Part shown: in pieces, positions 12,101 through 19,311 of the stretch
Position numbering within the stretch: position 1 is the stretch's first letter
Layout of the letters: the number at the start of each line of letters is the position of its first letter
Assembly: GCA_013203315.1 (NCBI GenBank)
Contig: JABMQJ010000026.1
Span: 1-64,000 of the forward strand
Direction: 5' to 3'
Length of the DNA: 64,000 nt
DNA from: Candidatus Omnitrophota bacterium
GTDB taxonomy: Bacteria; Omnitrophota; Gorgyraeia; JABMRN01; RBG-13-46-9
Notes under the pieces: model-generated
The model's database searches: none
Told to the model about the DNA's origin: nothing
The model's input: the letters and a program-made list of their open reading frames with translations, nothing else
Translations under genes and position numbers: made by a program

Positions 12101-15100
12101 AACAGTTCAAGTGGGCTTACTGGAGATTAGATAAAGGCCGCAGCGCAGAAGCAAAGTCAGGTCAAGAAGAGCTTGCCAAGGAAGAAGATGAGAAAGCGAA
12201 GCCCAAGATAGCAGCCGAGGTTGTAGAGGCTGCCGATGATGTCGAAATAAGAAAAGCATTAGAAAAATTAGCCCTTAATCGCAAGAGTGCAATTACTGCA
12301 CTTAAACGCGCTAAACACCTTGTAAGACAAGATAAGAAGAAGCGCGAAGATATTGATCAGAAGATAGCCGCTCAAAATATTAATCTTGGCGATGTCTATT
12401 GCCAGATGGGAGAGTCTGACAAAGCAACAGCCTATTATAAGCAAGCTATAGAACTTGGTAAAGACTCTCAAACAGCCTACGTTGGTCTTGCCAAAGTGGC
12501 GTTAATGAAAGACGAGACAGACGAATTTGTAAAGAACCTGAGCATGGCAAAGGATTCAGGCGCAGATATCAGACAAGAATTCGGCTATAGCCTGAAAGAT
12601 AAAGTCGTGAAGACATTGAAGGAGAAAGTAGATAGCCTTATCTCAGACAGTGAATTTGATAAGGCAAGAGAAACCCATGCATTATTAGGCGAAATATCAA
12701 GCGAGGACGCCGAACAATTATCTGACCGCATGATTGAAGTTTATGAAGGGCAACTAAAGCCTTATCTGGAGAAGAAGAAGCTTACCCGATCCGATAAACC
12801 AAAAGTGCAGCGGTTACACGCGTTGCAAGGGGATGCTTATAGAGCTATCGGAGATAATAAAAAGGCGCGCGAAGCTTATCAAAAAGCTCTTAAACTTGAT
12901 AAACGTTCCAGAAGGGCGCAACTCGGACTTGGACATATTGCTCTGGCGCTTGGAAACTATAAAGAGGCTAAAAAATTATTCAATAAAGCAGCAAAAGACG
13001 AGAGCTTGAGGAATGAAGCACTTACAGGCATGGTGAGGGCATATATCGGTCTTGGTAATGTTGACAAAGCCTGGGAGATATTTAAAGTAATCGCATTAGA
13101 AGGCAAGGAAGCGGAGGAGATAAAAGGCGCGCTTAAAGGGCTGCTCGAAAACAAGGCTGAAGAGTTACAAAGGGATATAAACGAGGCGGTTTCGGCTCCT
13201 ATAGTTCTGCCGCTTTCTGGATTTGTCTACAATCCGAAATCGAAAGGAACGGCAAAATTAAAAGACGTTTACAAAAAACTGTTAGAACTTGATCCGGAAA
13301 ATGAAGACATAAAAACACGATTATTCGAACTCGATCAGGAACCAGGTGAAGAGAAAGATTCTGCTGCTTCGCTCGCCGAAGAAGGTAAGTTTGATCTCGC
13401 GCTCGAGATAGACCCATCATGCAGCGCAGCGCACCTGGGCCTTGCCAGGGAATTTGAAGCGGACGGAGATCAGGAAAAATCCATAACCGAGTACGAAAAG
13501 GCCCTTGCGGGCAAAGGCCAGGCAGCCATAGATGCCGGCATGAGGCTTATAGAGTTGTATGGCCACGAAGATAGCGCCCCTGAAAAACAGGAAGCGGTAG
13601 TCGAAAAGCTGGCTCAGAAAGCGTTCGACACAGACGGCAACATAGAAAGACTTTTAATCAAAATAGAAGAAAGCGCTACAGACAATAAAGTCCTGAGAAG
13701 CATGATAGATGCATATATAGAGCTCAAGAAGAAAATAAAGACGCTGGAAGCCCGCGAGGAAGCACTTAAACAAAGACGCAAGAGTTTGGCCGCAAGACAT
13801 GACAGACAGGAAGACCAGGCTGGGGAGATAACGAAGAAAATAGCTGATACGAAGACAAAATTGGGAGACAAAAAGGCCAAATACGAAGAAAAAGCTCTGG
13901 AAGTTCACTTGTATAGGGAGAATGCGAAAAAACATCAAATAACCGATGAGTTAAGAAATGAATGGAAGGTCGCAGAATTAGAGAAGAGCAAACTCGCTTC
14001 AGAGGTTCAAAGTCTAGAGACAAAACTTGATAAGCTGGAAAAATCCCAAAAAGCAGTTGAAGAAGCCCCGAGCCGCATAGATGCGGAAGATAAATCACTG
14101 CAGTCGGAATTAAGCAAAATTAATGGCGAGCTCAGGAAGGCAAGAAAGAACCTCGCGAGCCTCGTAAAAGTTCAGGGGCATTTCGCCGCCACAGAAAACA
14201 CAGCGACCATTCTTATGAGAGCCGAAGCTTATCTCAAAGTAAGAAAAATTGGCAAGGCAATGAGGGAAGCACTAAGGGTTATTGATAATGAAGACAGAGA
14301 AGTTACCGCAAGTGAGCTAAGCCGCGCGCATATAATAATTGCGCGAATACATGAATTATCACGGGATAAAAAAGAGCAGGAGAAAGCCACAGAGGAATAC
14401 CTGAAGGCGCTCGAGGCGGATCCGATGAATGAATCAGCCTTGAGGTCGCTTGCAGGAAAACTGGAAGCCGGAAAACTAAGTGATGCAATACGCGACAGGC
14501 TTATAAGGGTAGCCGAAGAATTATCCGATGCAGGACGCTTAAGCGCAATAGTAGATATTATTGCAACGCAGAACAATGTAGAACTTCTAAATATAATATT
14601 GGAGAATAAAGATATTGAAGAGGAAGAGAAGATAGAACTTGTTGTCAGGCTTATTGATTATAAGATGGACGGCGACGGAATAGACAACGAATTCTTTGCC
14701 GTTCTGGCAGGGTTGGAAAATGCGGAAGGCAAAATGAAATGGGTAGGTAAGGTAGGCCTTGCATATGTCCATGCCAGAAACGGAGAACTTGAAAAAGCGC
14801 GCGCAGCATTAAAAGAAATTACCGCTAACGAAAAAGGCCTGAAGAATCAGGTATTGAGGGTAGGACTGGAAATAGATCTGTTAGAAGCCAGAAGAAGCGT
14901 GGATAGGGTAAAGAGCGGAATAACACTATGGATACGCCTCTTCCAGGCTAAGAGGGCCCTTAACAAGGTAGTAAGGAAATACGAAAAACTTGCTCGTATA
15001 AGGCCTAAAACAGCCGAAGCAATGAAATCGAGACTGGCCGAAGAAATTAGAAAACAGGGCGAAGATATTGAAAAGCTTTCGCAAGCAGCAGCCATCAAAT

Positions 15101-17781
15101 TCTATAAGGCTGCAGTGAAAATAGATCCTTCACTCGTAGAAGCACACCTGGCACTGGCGAGGCTTTACGAAGAACAGGGTAATGTAGAGGATGCTATAAA
15201 GAGCCTCGATAACGCTATTGCGCACATTGAGGATAAAAACGCAAAGGCTGCGCAAGAGAAAGTAAAGGCGAGACTCTTAGTGAAGAAAGCGGGTATTTGC
15301 GATACGCTTGATGAAAAACAAATGTTCTTACAACAGGCCCTGGAATTAGACCCGACGCTGGCCGAGGATGATGCGTTTATGGCAACGGTAATCCGTCTTC
15401 GAACGGAAGCTGTTGGCATATATTACGGCGATAGGTCAGCACTTACCAGGGCTGGACAAGAAGAGCTCGATAAGAAAGAAGCTCAAGTAGCCGGATTATC
15501 GGAGGACATCTCAAGGATTGAACGGAATATAACCTCTGAAGAAGACGCCGGCAAGATAAAGAGGCTTGAACGAAAAGCTGAAAAACTGGAACAGGAGATG
15601 AAGGATATTAAGGACGAGATGGCAAAGAGAATCGTTGAATCAAGCATTCTTTTAGCCGATGTATATATCGCCAGAGGCCAACTTGATAATGCAAACCGCG
15701 TTCTCTCGGAAGGCCTCCGGGGAATTCCGAATGAGATCGTTGCGGAGAACCCGCAAGTTCAGTTACGCCTTGGCAGAGTGGCTTTCAGAAAAGGCAATTA
15801 CAGCAAGTCCTCGGCGCGTTATGTCGCTGCGTTGGAACTGGATGGCAGATTGCTTGAGGCTTATTTGAGATTAGCCGAGATGTATGTAATGCCGGAAATT
15901 ATTGTGGAAAGAAAGGATGAGGAAACCGGCGAAAAGATAACGGTTAACAAATACAATGCGGCCTTAAGACAGCTTACAAGCATATTAAGGATTGCGCCGG
16001 AGGTAAATAGCGAGGTTTCTTCAGTAGCAGTAAAGGTTTTAGCTACGGTACTTGACAAATTCAGGGGCACATCGGAAGAAAGAGAAGAATTTGACAATTT
16101 GTTGGAAGGTATCCAGGACTCACTTGTTCATAGGGCACAAATAGCCAATAATGTTGAAGCAGTCAACGGAATAATTGATATTGCCCACTCACTTGGCAAT
16201 GCTGAATTTATCGATCGCTTAAGAGAAGCAATCGAATCCAACAAGAATGTTGAAGCGAATGAAACAAAATTACCTGTAGCCATAACACCACAGCGTATCT
16301 CGCAGGAAGACGAAATCGTAGACCAGCTCTCACAACCATCCACAGGAATCGTAGCACCGCCAGTCATGGATAGAGTCGTTTTAGCTAACATAGTAAAGGC
16401 GCTAGAGAATGAATATGGAATTTCGAGAAAACTCGCGGAAGAAGTTGCTCATGCTGTCGGAGAAGCTAACAATGGCAGAGCCTTTAAAGACATGAAGATA
16501 GCGCTAAGAAGAAACGGTAAAACAGAGTATGTAAGCGTAAAGAAAGGCGATGATGTAGGGGCTGCGGTATTAGCGCATATCAGACAGAATGATCCGGACG
16601 GGAAGATGGAAAGAGTTATTGATAATGCCATAAGCGAGCACTGGGACAACGCGTTCCGTTACGAGGTTGCTTTTGCTGTCAGTGAAGACGGAAAGCTCAA
16701 AGAGATGACTGAAACGGCGATGGAATTCACCGAAGACGGCGAAGGTTTCAGAATGAGTTCTACGGTGCTTGTCAATACGGCGAAAGACAAGATGATTATG
16801 CATTCACATCCTGTAAATTCAACCGATGCGGAATTTGACAATAGATTCAACCCTAACAGCCGATTTGCGGAAGACATGGTAAATGCAAGGCTACTCGGAG
16901 GCTTTGGCATAGAACATTCGCTCGTTATAGATCCGAACGGAACCGTAAGGACGCTTGGCGTGCCGGAACGTATTGCGACAGCAGAAGAAACATTGAAGAC
17001 AAAAGAAATATCGGAGACCGTGGCCGTTACTTACGGATTTAGCTATAGATCCGGCTCAGAACCCGCTGAATTCATAGATGACAGTGCGCTAAACGGCCTG
17101 CTGCTGATGGCAGAAATTGAGGAAGCAACCACACCGGATAAGGCAATACACGGGACGATGCGCTATCTCAAGCAAAAGGCGCAACCCGGCGGGGTTTACG
17201 TATATTTAGTTGACTCGAGGTCCGTGGACGAATCTGTAATAAAACTCGCAGAGTCAAACCACGACTTTATCAGGATTGTCGTGATGGGCGATGAAGTCGA
17301 TAGATTAAAGAACGTAACCTACATCTCAGAAGAACCTGATGAATCCGAAGAAGGTTTGACATTGTCGCAAAGGGCTGAAGCCGTGGTGCGAAAGGATCTC
17401 GCGCAGAATAGACATATTGTGAAAACAGGTGTTATCCTTACCGAGCCAAGTGAAGAGCTTAAAGCAGCCGTCTTAAGGGACATAGAGAAAAGGAGCAAGA
17501 TCGACGCTATCGATAACAGGCCATCTTTCGCATTTATAAACGGCAACCGTAAAGTAAAAGATAACGCAGATATAAATACTGCGGTTGTGGCTAGTAGCGT
17601 TGCAAGGAAACGCAATTGCGCAGCGTTTATCGGATACCCCGATGAAAACGACGACATGTTTATAGGAGAGGTCAAAACGGTCGTAATGGCGACAGGCGGT
17701 TTCTTCATATTCGTGAAAAATCTGAATGCCATAATCAAAATAATCTTCAAGTCCATAAAAGAGAGTATAAGCTCCATATAA
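1..17781 (+). CDS. Giant multidomain membrane protein (at least 5926 aa, 5'-truncated): repeats, TM clusters, SecA-like ATPase, TPR/coiled-coil array, JAB-like motif
   Basis: Frame 1 is stop-free from base 1 (ANIADAVASDRT...) into the tracked 235..17781 ORF, so the real start is upstream of the window. SecA motifs: KTGEGKT 4351-4371, DEVDSILID 4729-4755, GMTGTA 5368-5385, TIATNIAGRGTDVK 5890-5931, QNRGRAGRQG 6007-6036. TPR-like helices run about 8950-16000. HSHP is at 16801. Confidence 0.9.
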   Translation, partial: ANIADAVASDRTAPTPADTRTAEQAPQAAPAKADANIADAVASDRTAAGQQQAPADSGSGASQVTTDSAAPKVGPQGEVGADGQVGQQGQQAGPQQGQQAGPQQGQQQAGPAVGPQAQGRQGIFNRARNVIGNAWDALVRIVGGKDKAAKAAAPAAAATPAAAEKTETPQTLPRPPTPTGENLSENMPSYGTLLGPSPLSSLPAGAVGAPAFSPPAESPNQAADVSQEALPAVGTETLSAEEAQKAAEIFAKETEKADAEEVSAVDTDVAATTPVETSVAPAEAAAPQDQATAETTTTDVSQAVPVVEAQQLSTEEQQAQTEEQGTLSAEEAREAAEIFAGQAGVDTEATSAVDADAASAIGPEQLSTEEIQEAAEIFADQAAEATFGEAVAETEEAAAAAETTDAHAEKTLPGRIVAHFVDSIKEDWKKSPTKTIVKNIGLIGIGVALVSAFFPVVAIGCVGLGAIGGITAGSTATILGLMDYKKLIYDWKSTKGIAHKISFLSGAVLTTGLIGATVGLPLIVSVVAIALVAKSVSTLVDAYFTFKDGKFSKTSFALSFTLALVAFSMLFGGMDVLTNGVNQATGFVDSEGLDTIVSDTGDISIGDATVVDTGDVSLEDTADIFGEGVQDTADVANEIDLDNEIKGAADASKAVGDVTKEAIDKASQVAKRVRPSNAQRIIRLLNGPASRQRIQNKTKAAIVIGFVGALLTSAGIASTKGLRKLFQRAGEDAGTQANAASVQTDGSVESLTSLPTPASRTEGEDAGTQASVAPAQTDGQAKLKGRVKPQDQTRAEASPKDPAAPKGPAHVVPPIAAPVAAPAAAVAPRVGPPALPPAAVAPAAVAPRAPPVPTLPPVTPSTETEEAVDAEVVEEAVDAEIIESAAPTPKSPANKATRDEAKHKQLKKVLEEATTLEEYAIAQLELENEEIENILANPQPEHQERIEDYEKKLKINKKVINLLKKDVRAKKIFTKEGYRSLKEKFEELKATRLYKEALKTIGDIDRELEEKEDKLKDLRKNLEEQKERLGKLAKSESPEYRESIETGISNLEQKIEKLEKEKTKLEAKKAKPQRIIRNYKNQERLKAARLIGKKKTARNAIGDRIKLSVRDGWLGSLIDWVERRVLGKKVRGGKKVRGWLIDKFTKWTGQWKGKELDKVRKGLKDSEKPCLAELIMNWLTFKVFNKEIKKLDAEGHKAVQEVRERFMSSMETELGDIEDIKAKTGTVIGDVDKRINAINERIAKLEKMKDSVGAEELKAIEKQIEELEEMRKTANTLTGKLQDLPGDLGQARLVVISAEAFASLSEKYLNTSQELMEMEAQLKVTENGERRDELQGEIADKKSAIDGISTGIETVSSQAEKAEISAQKLLTMTVLANTKKGEKVFNEYVQQKHEGLEKKYKKSHDLNAIRAEAFAIAGLCILAEEGFPSTRMEHLGAALFMTSGNVIAELKTGEGKTTVARFVQYLDSFRGPGRTIVLQPTELFAIRDGSGSGRIFARLGRTVGVVKQEMTEEERKAAYKCDVVYISAQQFAFDVLHDLFQISEEQLANGGGYLNTGAKTKKEYLEVLREEFAGIADEVDSILIDQAATKYIMSLGKGKAVTEERAKEIQLLLDIAKKLNTGEQKVKILTEEEAKAQGLEDGAKPKATGYAYVVDRHHRSVTRGGMLEGEGLRKELMEHKDAFTEAGIDIENATDEEIEKLGKQLDKAVEAEHLFNHNSDYVVQVDPTTNDVGIILVAHETGVSQFGQRLHEGLHAFLEAKEGLTIHEDVPTESSATAATIFGLLGHFSGMTGTATQGRAMDFFAKTYGLKVKVVPSHVPSRRTDIPMRIVSDDMYIEEFLKDIMESAKIGAPVLVPADDIRWAEVLHAATNAYTKATVAAARPGDKEAQKAYEEARKEFENKHRDYTNGENAESALNFLDEISKGNIEATPVNLQVQFDAKSGSDFEYQQVIVGGGGYACTVTIATNIAGRGTDVKIKGKAKALGLNVVIPNVVNSARIEGQNRGRAGRQGAAGTSSQLVSASQYREFIESAFKGVDETLMKKALQVDFSSEQGQKAARRYIKMAQSETERRNLESITSQAEQDKVEFTAQLAMRALRDKVESSEVELDSAAQKFISEGISDLMKDCTNDDGSINVEKLARELKDRFGIDLHGDTSQLDELKSPQEIEDFVMYLVHEHVVKATRNNNISHVLGDMMEDFQEAVRNAVDEKTGQYDAKKFAKLVGEAHAKAMIATGRAVETPLTEDSIKEFIEDQKEQAEIQETEEAKKNEIVLDGEARRISKAVKNVEANGTKFTAGAFVGLLDVAADIYVTDNGRIAVVNDVVVASSDSKIAVGSIYSQIETTDASKTYEHQGQSKLEAKILDLGTGERITIVYGIVVETRADGIEIGNKVTYDEVIGDVGGKAAVEKYHRDQEARALSGSQTAGTGEATAEGASVSTHRAPAGKGVVVHYVARASQAGSRVDIGRAMRDFKAKKVREAEKAAASEISLEAIAEEEYTPQFDVGNDIDVDLDDSDGETVQPVMVEAEDAPSNLDIIQALSEARTEDTHQKSICVVLPPDDDDKEQILRSPELSNALRNRNLQEGETLVVTGYVSDEGEVKITTYQLSAEIAEYLISEYRSAQESGVVAGSERAALEEIFDRVFSPTTGTTEIAGHVIATLEKDGKRAVIDLGKKDEVNPLVIKQINLAGDQRQAQVDAIMSGKSSEDIHAPEVIEVNGRLIIKVGDVSIHKNAKLEDGVVVWDSLIADNSEIGRGALVRNSTLPKVPVILEPHSAIDGINDEIVIGMDRVRVNTGEALSGRFRMENGKAVQIRETVDVKERYELEAASITKVTAISRIKEHIPTFVKNGYRSFLKWSFKHMPTFTKLGFGLWNIVSWPVKKLYKAASKLLDRNAKKIKAAEEDSAKVRKANLALGDLLFDEGPIQNLDISKSEDLRGKARDLRLAVAEDPEDIIIVETVPDVGDAEIKEPNTVRKDELEKALKLARAAVALDPDNVEAKKEQAVILHLLGKGKEAKEVAEEALKHKSARGDIEFVKHAARIAETQGDHDLTIKTCRSLIKLVPEKEKAKLRTRLAEALAKKKEAVDKEKEGKKETWVNKVIPVIKNLLGFHYLKTHSKPRAYSAIAVRSVFAVLLIVLAAKCLIPVVSGISLMKTGMVMAQVIMIINKMRSKDKKAPGDKKAPGVGIGKRLLGSLTGADKKDASKLEYRSQRFNNKAIKVTRALGAIWLIGLSFYLGDYSGGTWSGIWSALKTSTMPAVMLNLGLSLLNSINTNIPSWYRATRKWNSERNLDKKAIAQLEKNFNEEGISTVEKANRYAALAMLDEARRDELITEMEDEGMEQALQNMLIQPDSPDAATQKAIDSEKEEALGALIELAKLYHKAGETDGAIDTLLIAIDRAKNKVKDDKGKVAIRMALADIYLEKKDYSGALKQLELARNMDPQNAEIFKKMIEAHQGLGENEKVISLLEDALRKDITNAEILGLLQDAYIKSGRVADAAKVVTQALQVEPKDEDLLPLLEKVKDAIKERSLEAPEDIEDAKGACEALLTVIKQADNIKPAQKSLDIALDLVDEEGMDKVLRFEDILSAIVDSEGLDFYQKAVLVRRVVDRINGRDGIINEEEVGRLIAAFDNTLGQAKNLRIKAALEMGLAIINMKRDEAHLEDGQKKALIHIENAKGYLRKASVSEDSLEKLYELEAEARSITQHMVIGDGLERKGEYAKAKQHYEEVLKVGSDSWKAKAHVKLGGIAMREEDYKGATGHYEEAIKLNPALREGLRVPLFEACAKIGDATKAIETYKEMNPDQKASLSDDDAKDKMAGLLRAKMKGQDSLIESQDEAFEDDRSRQAQNALYNSLDKAISLQKMLLELCPDDSVAKGRMAELEQKLEVITSARQKRINAIHPIISGLEGKKAESDRDGAIYIGKELISRYSELLALETDKGERAKVYAALIAIYFEQGNVRQAVDYHKKATAEGLTFEPARQKLVDAARDSAIEEAEAIRYSTSAGKLERANAALRLGTLYGLRGDTEEAKKQFKWAYWRLDKGRSAEAKSGQEELAKEEDEKAKPKIAAEVVEAADDVEIRKALEKLALNRKSAITALKRAKHLVRQDKKKREDIDQKIAAQNINLGDVYCQMGESDKATAYYKQAIELGKDSQTAYVGLAKVALMKDETDEFVKNLSMAKDSGADIRQEFGYSLKDKVVKTLKEKVDSLISDSEFDKARETHALLGEISSEDAEQLSDRMIEVYEGQLKPYLEKKKLTRSDKPKVQRLHALQGDAYRAIGDNKKAREAYQKALKLDKRSRRAQLGLGHIALALGNYKEAKKLFNKAAKDESLRNEALTGMVRAYIGLGNVDKAWEIFKVIALEGKEAEEIKGALKGLLENKAEELQRDINEAVSAPIVLPLSGFVYNPKSKGTAKLKDVYKKLLELDPENEDIKTRLFELDQEPGEEKDSAASLAEEGKFDLALEIDPSCSAAHLGLAREFEADGDQEKSITEYEKALAGKGQAAIDAGMRLIELYGHEDSAPEKQEAVVEKLAQKAFDTDGNIERLLIKIEESATDNKVLRSMIDAYIELKKKIKTLEAREEALKQRRKSLAARHDRQEDQAGEITKKIADTKTKLGDKKAKYEEKALEVHLYRENAKKHQITDELRNEWKVAELEKSKLASEVQSLETKLDKLEKSQKAVEEAPSRIDAEDKSLQSELSKINGELRKARKNLASLVKVQGHFAATENTATILMRAEAYLKVRKIGKAMREALRVIDNEDREVTASELSRAHIIIARIHELSRDKKEQEKATEEYLKALEADPMNESALRSLAGKLEAGKLSDAIRDRLIRVAEELSDAGRLSAIVDIIATQNNVELLNIILENKDIEEEEKIELVVRLIDYKMDGDGIDNEFFAVLAGLENAEGKMKWVGKVGLAYVHARNGELEKARAALKEITANEKGLKNQVLRVGLEIDLLEARRSVDRVKSGITLWIRLFQAKRALNKVVRKYEKLARIRPKTAEAMKSRLAEEIRKQGEDIEKLSQAAAIKFYKAAVKIDPSLVEAHLALARLYEEQGNVEDAIKSLDNAIAHIEDKNAKAAQEKVKARLLVKKAGICDTLDEKQMFLQQALELDPTLAEDDAFMATVIRLRTEAVGIYYGDRSALTRAGQEELDKKEAQVAGLSEDISRIERNITSEEDAGKIKRLERKAEKLEQEMKDIKDEMAKRIVESSILLADVYIARGQLDNANRVLSEGLRGIPNEIVAENPQVQLRLGRVAFRKGNYSKSSARYVAALELDGRLLEAYLRLAEMYVMPEIIVERKDEETGEKITVNKYNAALRQLTSILRIAPEVNSEVSSVAVKVLATVLDKFRGTSEEREEFDNLLEGIQDSLVHRAQIANNVEAVNGIIDIAHSLGNAEFIDRLREAIESNKNVEANETKLPVAITPQRISQEDEIVDQLSQPSTGIVAPPVMDRVVLANIVKALENEYGISRKLAEEVAHAVGEANNGRAFKDMKIALRRNGKTEYVSVKKGDDVGAAVLAHIRQNDPDGKMERVIDNAISEHWDNAFRYEVAFAVSEDGKLKEMTETAMEFTEDGEGFRMSSTVLVNTAKDKMIMHSHPVNSTDAEFDNRFNPNSRFAEDMVNARLLGGFGIEHSLVIDPNGTVRTLGVPERIATAEETLKTKEISETVAVTYGFSYRSGSEPAEFIDDSALNGLLLMAEIEEATTPDKAIHGTMRYLKQKAQPGGVYVYLVDSRSVDESVIKLAESNHDFIRIVVMGDEVDRLKNVTYISEEPDESEEGLTLSQRAEAVVRKDLAQNRHIVKTGVILTEPSEELKAAVLRDIEKRSKIDAIDNRPSFAFINGNRKVKDNADINTAVVASSVARKRNCAAFIGYPDENDDMFIGEVKTVVMATGGFFIFVKNLNAIIKIIFKSIKESISSI
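259..333 (+). repeat. Tandem 24-bp coding repeat (QQGQQAGP)x3
   Basis: cagcaaggacaacaagcaggacc(g/a) at 259, 283 and 307; the third copy has one extra caa. Confidence 0.9.
712..1137 (+). repeat. Dispersed coding repeat LS(A/T)EE..(K/E)AAEIFA x3
   Basis: Copies at 712-753, 979-1020 and 1096-1137. Confidence 0.85.
2188..2337 (+). repeat. Coding repeat GEDAGTQA.....QTDG x2 (99-bp period)
   Basis: ggtgaagatgccggaacacaagcaa starts at 2188 and at 2287. Confidence 0.85.
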
Positions 17782-17800
17782 TATATGGAGGCGTTTCACT

Positions 17801-17830
17801 TTTACATTTTTCTAAAAAATGTGATATAAT
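17801..17830 (+). promoter_or_regulatory. Putative sigma70 promoter of the glycosyltransferase cluster
   Basis: TTTACA (17801-06), 18-nt spacer, TATAAT (17825-30) preceded by an extended -10 TG. The ATG lies 8 nt downstream and there is no SD. Confidence 0.6.
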
Positions 17831-17838
17831 TCTAATGT

Positions 17839-19311
17839 ATGGACGCAAAGAAAACCATATTAGTGCTTATAGCCATTTTACTCCTGGGACTCTTGCTAAG
17901 AATCCACGACTTAACTACCGAGAGCTTATGGTTAGATGAGGGGCAATCAATCAAAATGGCCAGCTTGGAGCCATTCCACATCATAAAACAATGCACTAAA
18001 GATAACCACCCACCTTTATATTATATCATTCTTCACTATTGGATTAAAATCTTCGGCGATTCAGAATTTTCAGTGAGATTTTTGTCTGTTTTATTCGGCT
18101 TTATAGCGCTTATTGTTGTCTACAAACTGGGAAGCTTGCTTTTTAACAGGAGGGCAGGCCTATTAAGCGCTTTACTAATGAGCACATCAGTATTTTACAT
18201 TGCCAATTCCCAGGATGCAAAGATGTACTGTCTGGGGGTTCTCTTGACATTATCTTCCATGTATTTTTTCATAAAGCTTTTTGATAAGAGGGACATTGCA
18301 ATTTCAGCGGGATATATCCTATCGACTTTTTTATTGATATCTACCCTTTACCTTGGTTTTTTTATAATATTGGTCCAACATATCTTTCTTATCACGGTAC
18401 TGTTATTATCCAAAGGACGCTACAATATTAATTTTAAGAAATGGTTCACGATGCAATTTATATTGCTTATTGCATATATGCCTTGGCTTTATTTCCCAAT
18501 ATCGCGATTAATGGATATCGCAAGCAACCCAACAGCAATATCGGAAACCCAGATAGCCCCTTCTGTTATTAGCGCGATAAAGATATTTGCCGGTTCACAT
18601 CCTTCATTTTTCGTATTTATTGTAGTGGCTGCGATTTCATTAATTCCGGCAGGCGCCAGAGATACCCGCAATATTACTTTTTCATACTTTAAGAAGATTT
18701 ATTTTCTAACTTTGTGGTTATTTATTCCTACGGTTATTATTCTGTGGTTTATAATTTTCAGATGGAAATTCTTTTTTTTAGCCGCCCGTTATTTAACCTT
18801 AGGTTCAATGGCGTTTTATTTATTAGTGGCACAAGGTATAAATAATATAAGAATGAGATATTTAAGAATAACGGCGATCTGCGTTGTTATAACAGTCTCT
18901 CTCATAACAACCTGCTCATATTATGTAAGAACAACTAAAAACCAATGGAGGGAGGTGGCCTGGTACATTGATGAAAACGCAAAACCGTGGGATGTTTTGT
19001 TGTTTCACAAAGGTTACTTCCAGGAAAATGTTTTTGATTACTATTCCGAAAAGCAGGATCTTATAAAAATACCGCTCCCCGAACAGACGCGAAAAATACC
19101 GATGAAGATGAAAGAAATAGTCATAGGGATAAACGAAAAGGACATAGAAAAGGCGTGGCCACGCATAAAGAGCCGTGATAGGGTCTGGCTTATATTGTGC
19201 CACGATCGTGACCGTAAGGGGTTGATTAAAAAAAAGCTTCGCAAGACCTTTAAGGAATCGCACGTAAAGAAGTATTTTGGTATAGAGGTTTACTTATTTG
19301 AGAAGACATGA
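17839..19311 (+). CDS. GT-C fold membrane glycosyltransferase (GT39/GT83, PMT/ArnT-like)
   Basis: SLWLDEG, HPPLYY, SEFSVRFLS and SQDAKMY motifs; many TM helices; C-terminal soluble domain. Confidence 0.85.
   Translation: MDAKKTILVLIAILLLGLLLRIHDLTTESLWLDEGQSIKMASLEPFHIIKQCTKDNHPPLYYIILHYWIKIFGDSEFSVRFLSVLFGFIALIVVYKLGSLLFNRRAGLLSALLMSTSVFYIANSQDAKMYCLGVLLTLSSMYFFIKLFDKRDIAISAGYILSTFLLISTLYLGFFIILVQHIFLITVLLLSKGRYNINFKKWFTMQFILLIAYMPWLYFPISRLMDIASNPTAISETQIAPSVISAIKIFAGSHPSFFVFIVVAAISLIPAGARDTRNITFSYFKKIYFLTLWLFIPTVIILWFIIFRWKFFFLAARYLTLGSMAFYLLVAQGINNIRMRYLRITAICVVITVSLITTCSYYVRTTKNQWREVAWYIDENAKPWDVLLFHKGYFQENVFDYYSEKQDLIKIPLPEQTRKIPMKMKEIVIGINEKDIEKAWPRIKSRDRVWLILCHDRDRKGLIKKKLRKTFKESHVKKYFGIEVYLFEKT

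Noticed and set aside
186-17799. Numerous minus-strand ORFs (up to 363 aa) opposite the giant gene
   Set aside because: They are Ser/Phe/Leu-rich antisense shadows of a Glu/Lys/Ala-rich gene, with no motifs or SDs. The same applies to antisense ORFs across the housekeeping operons.
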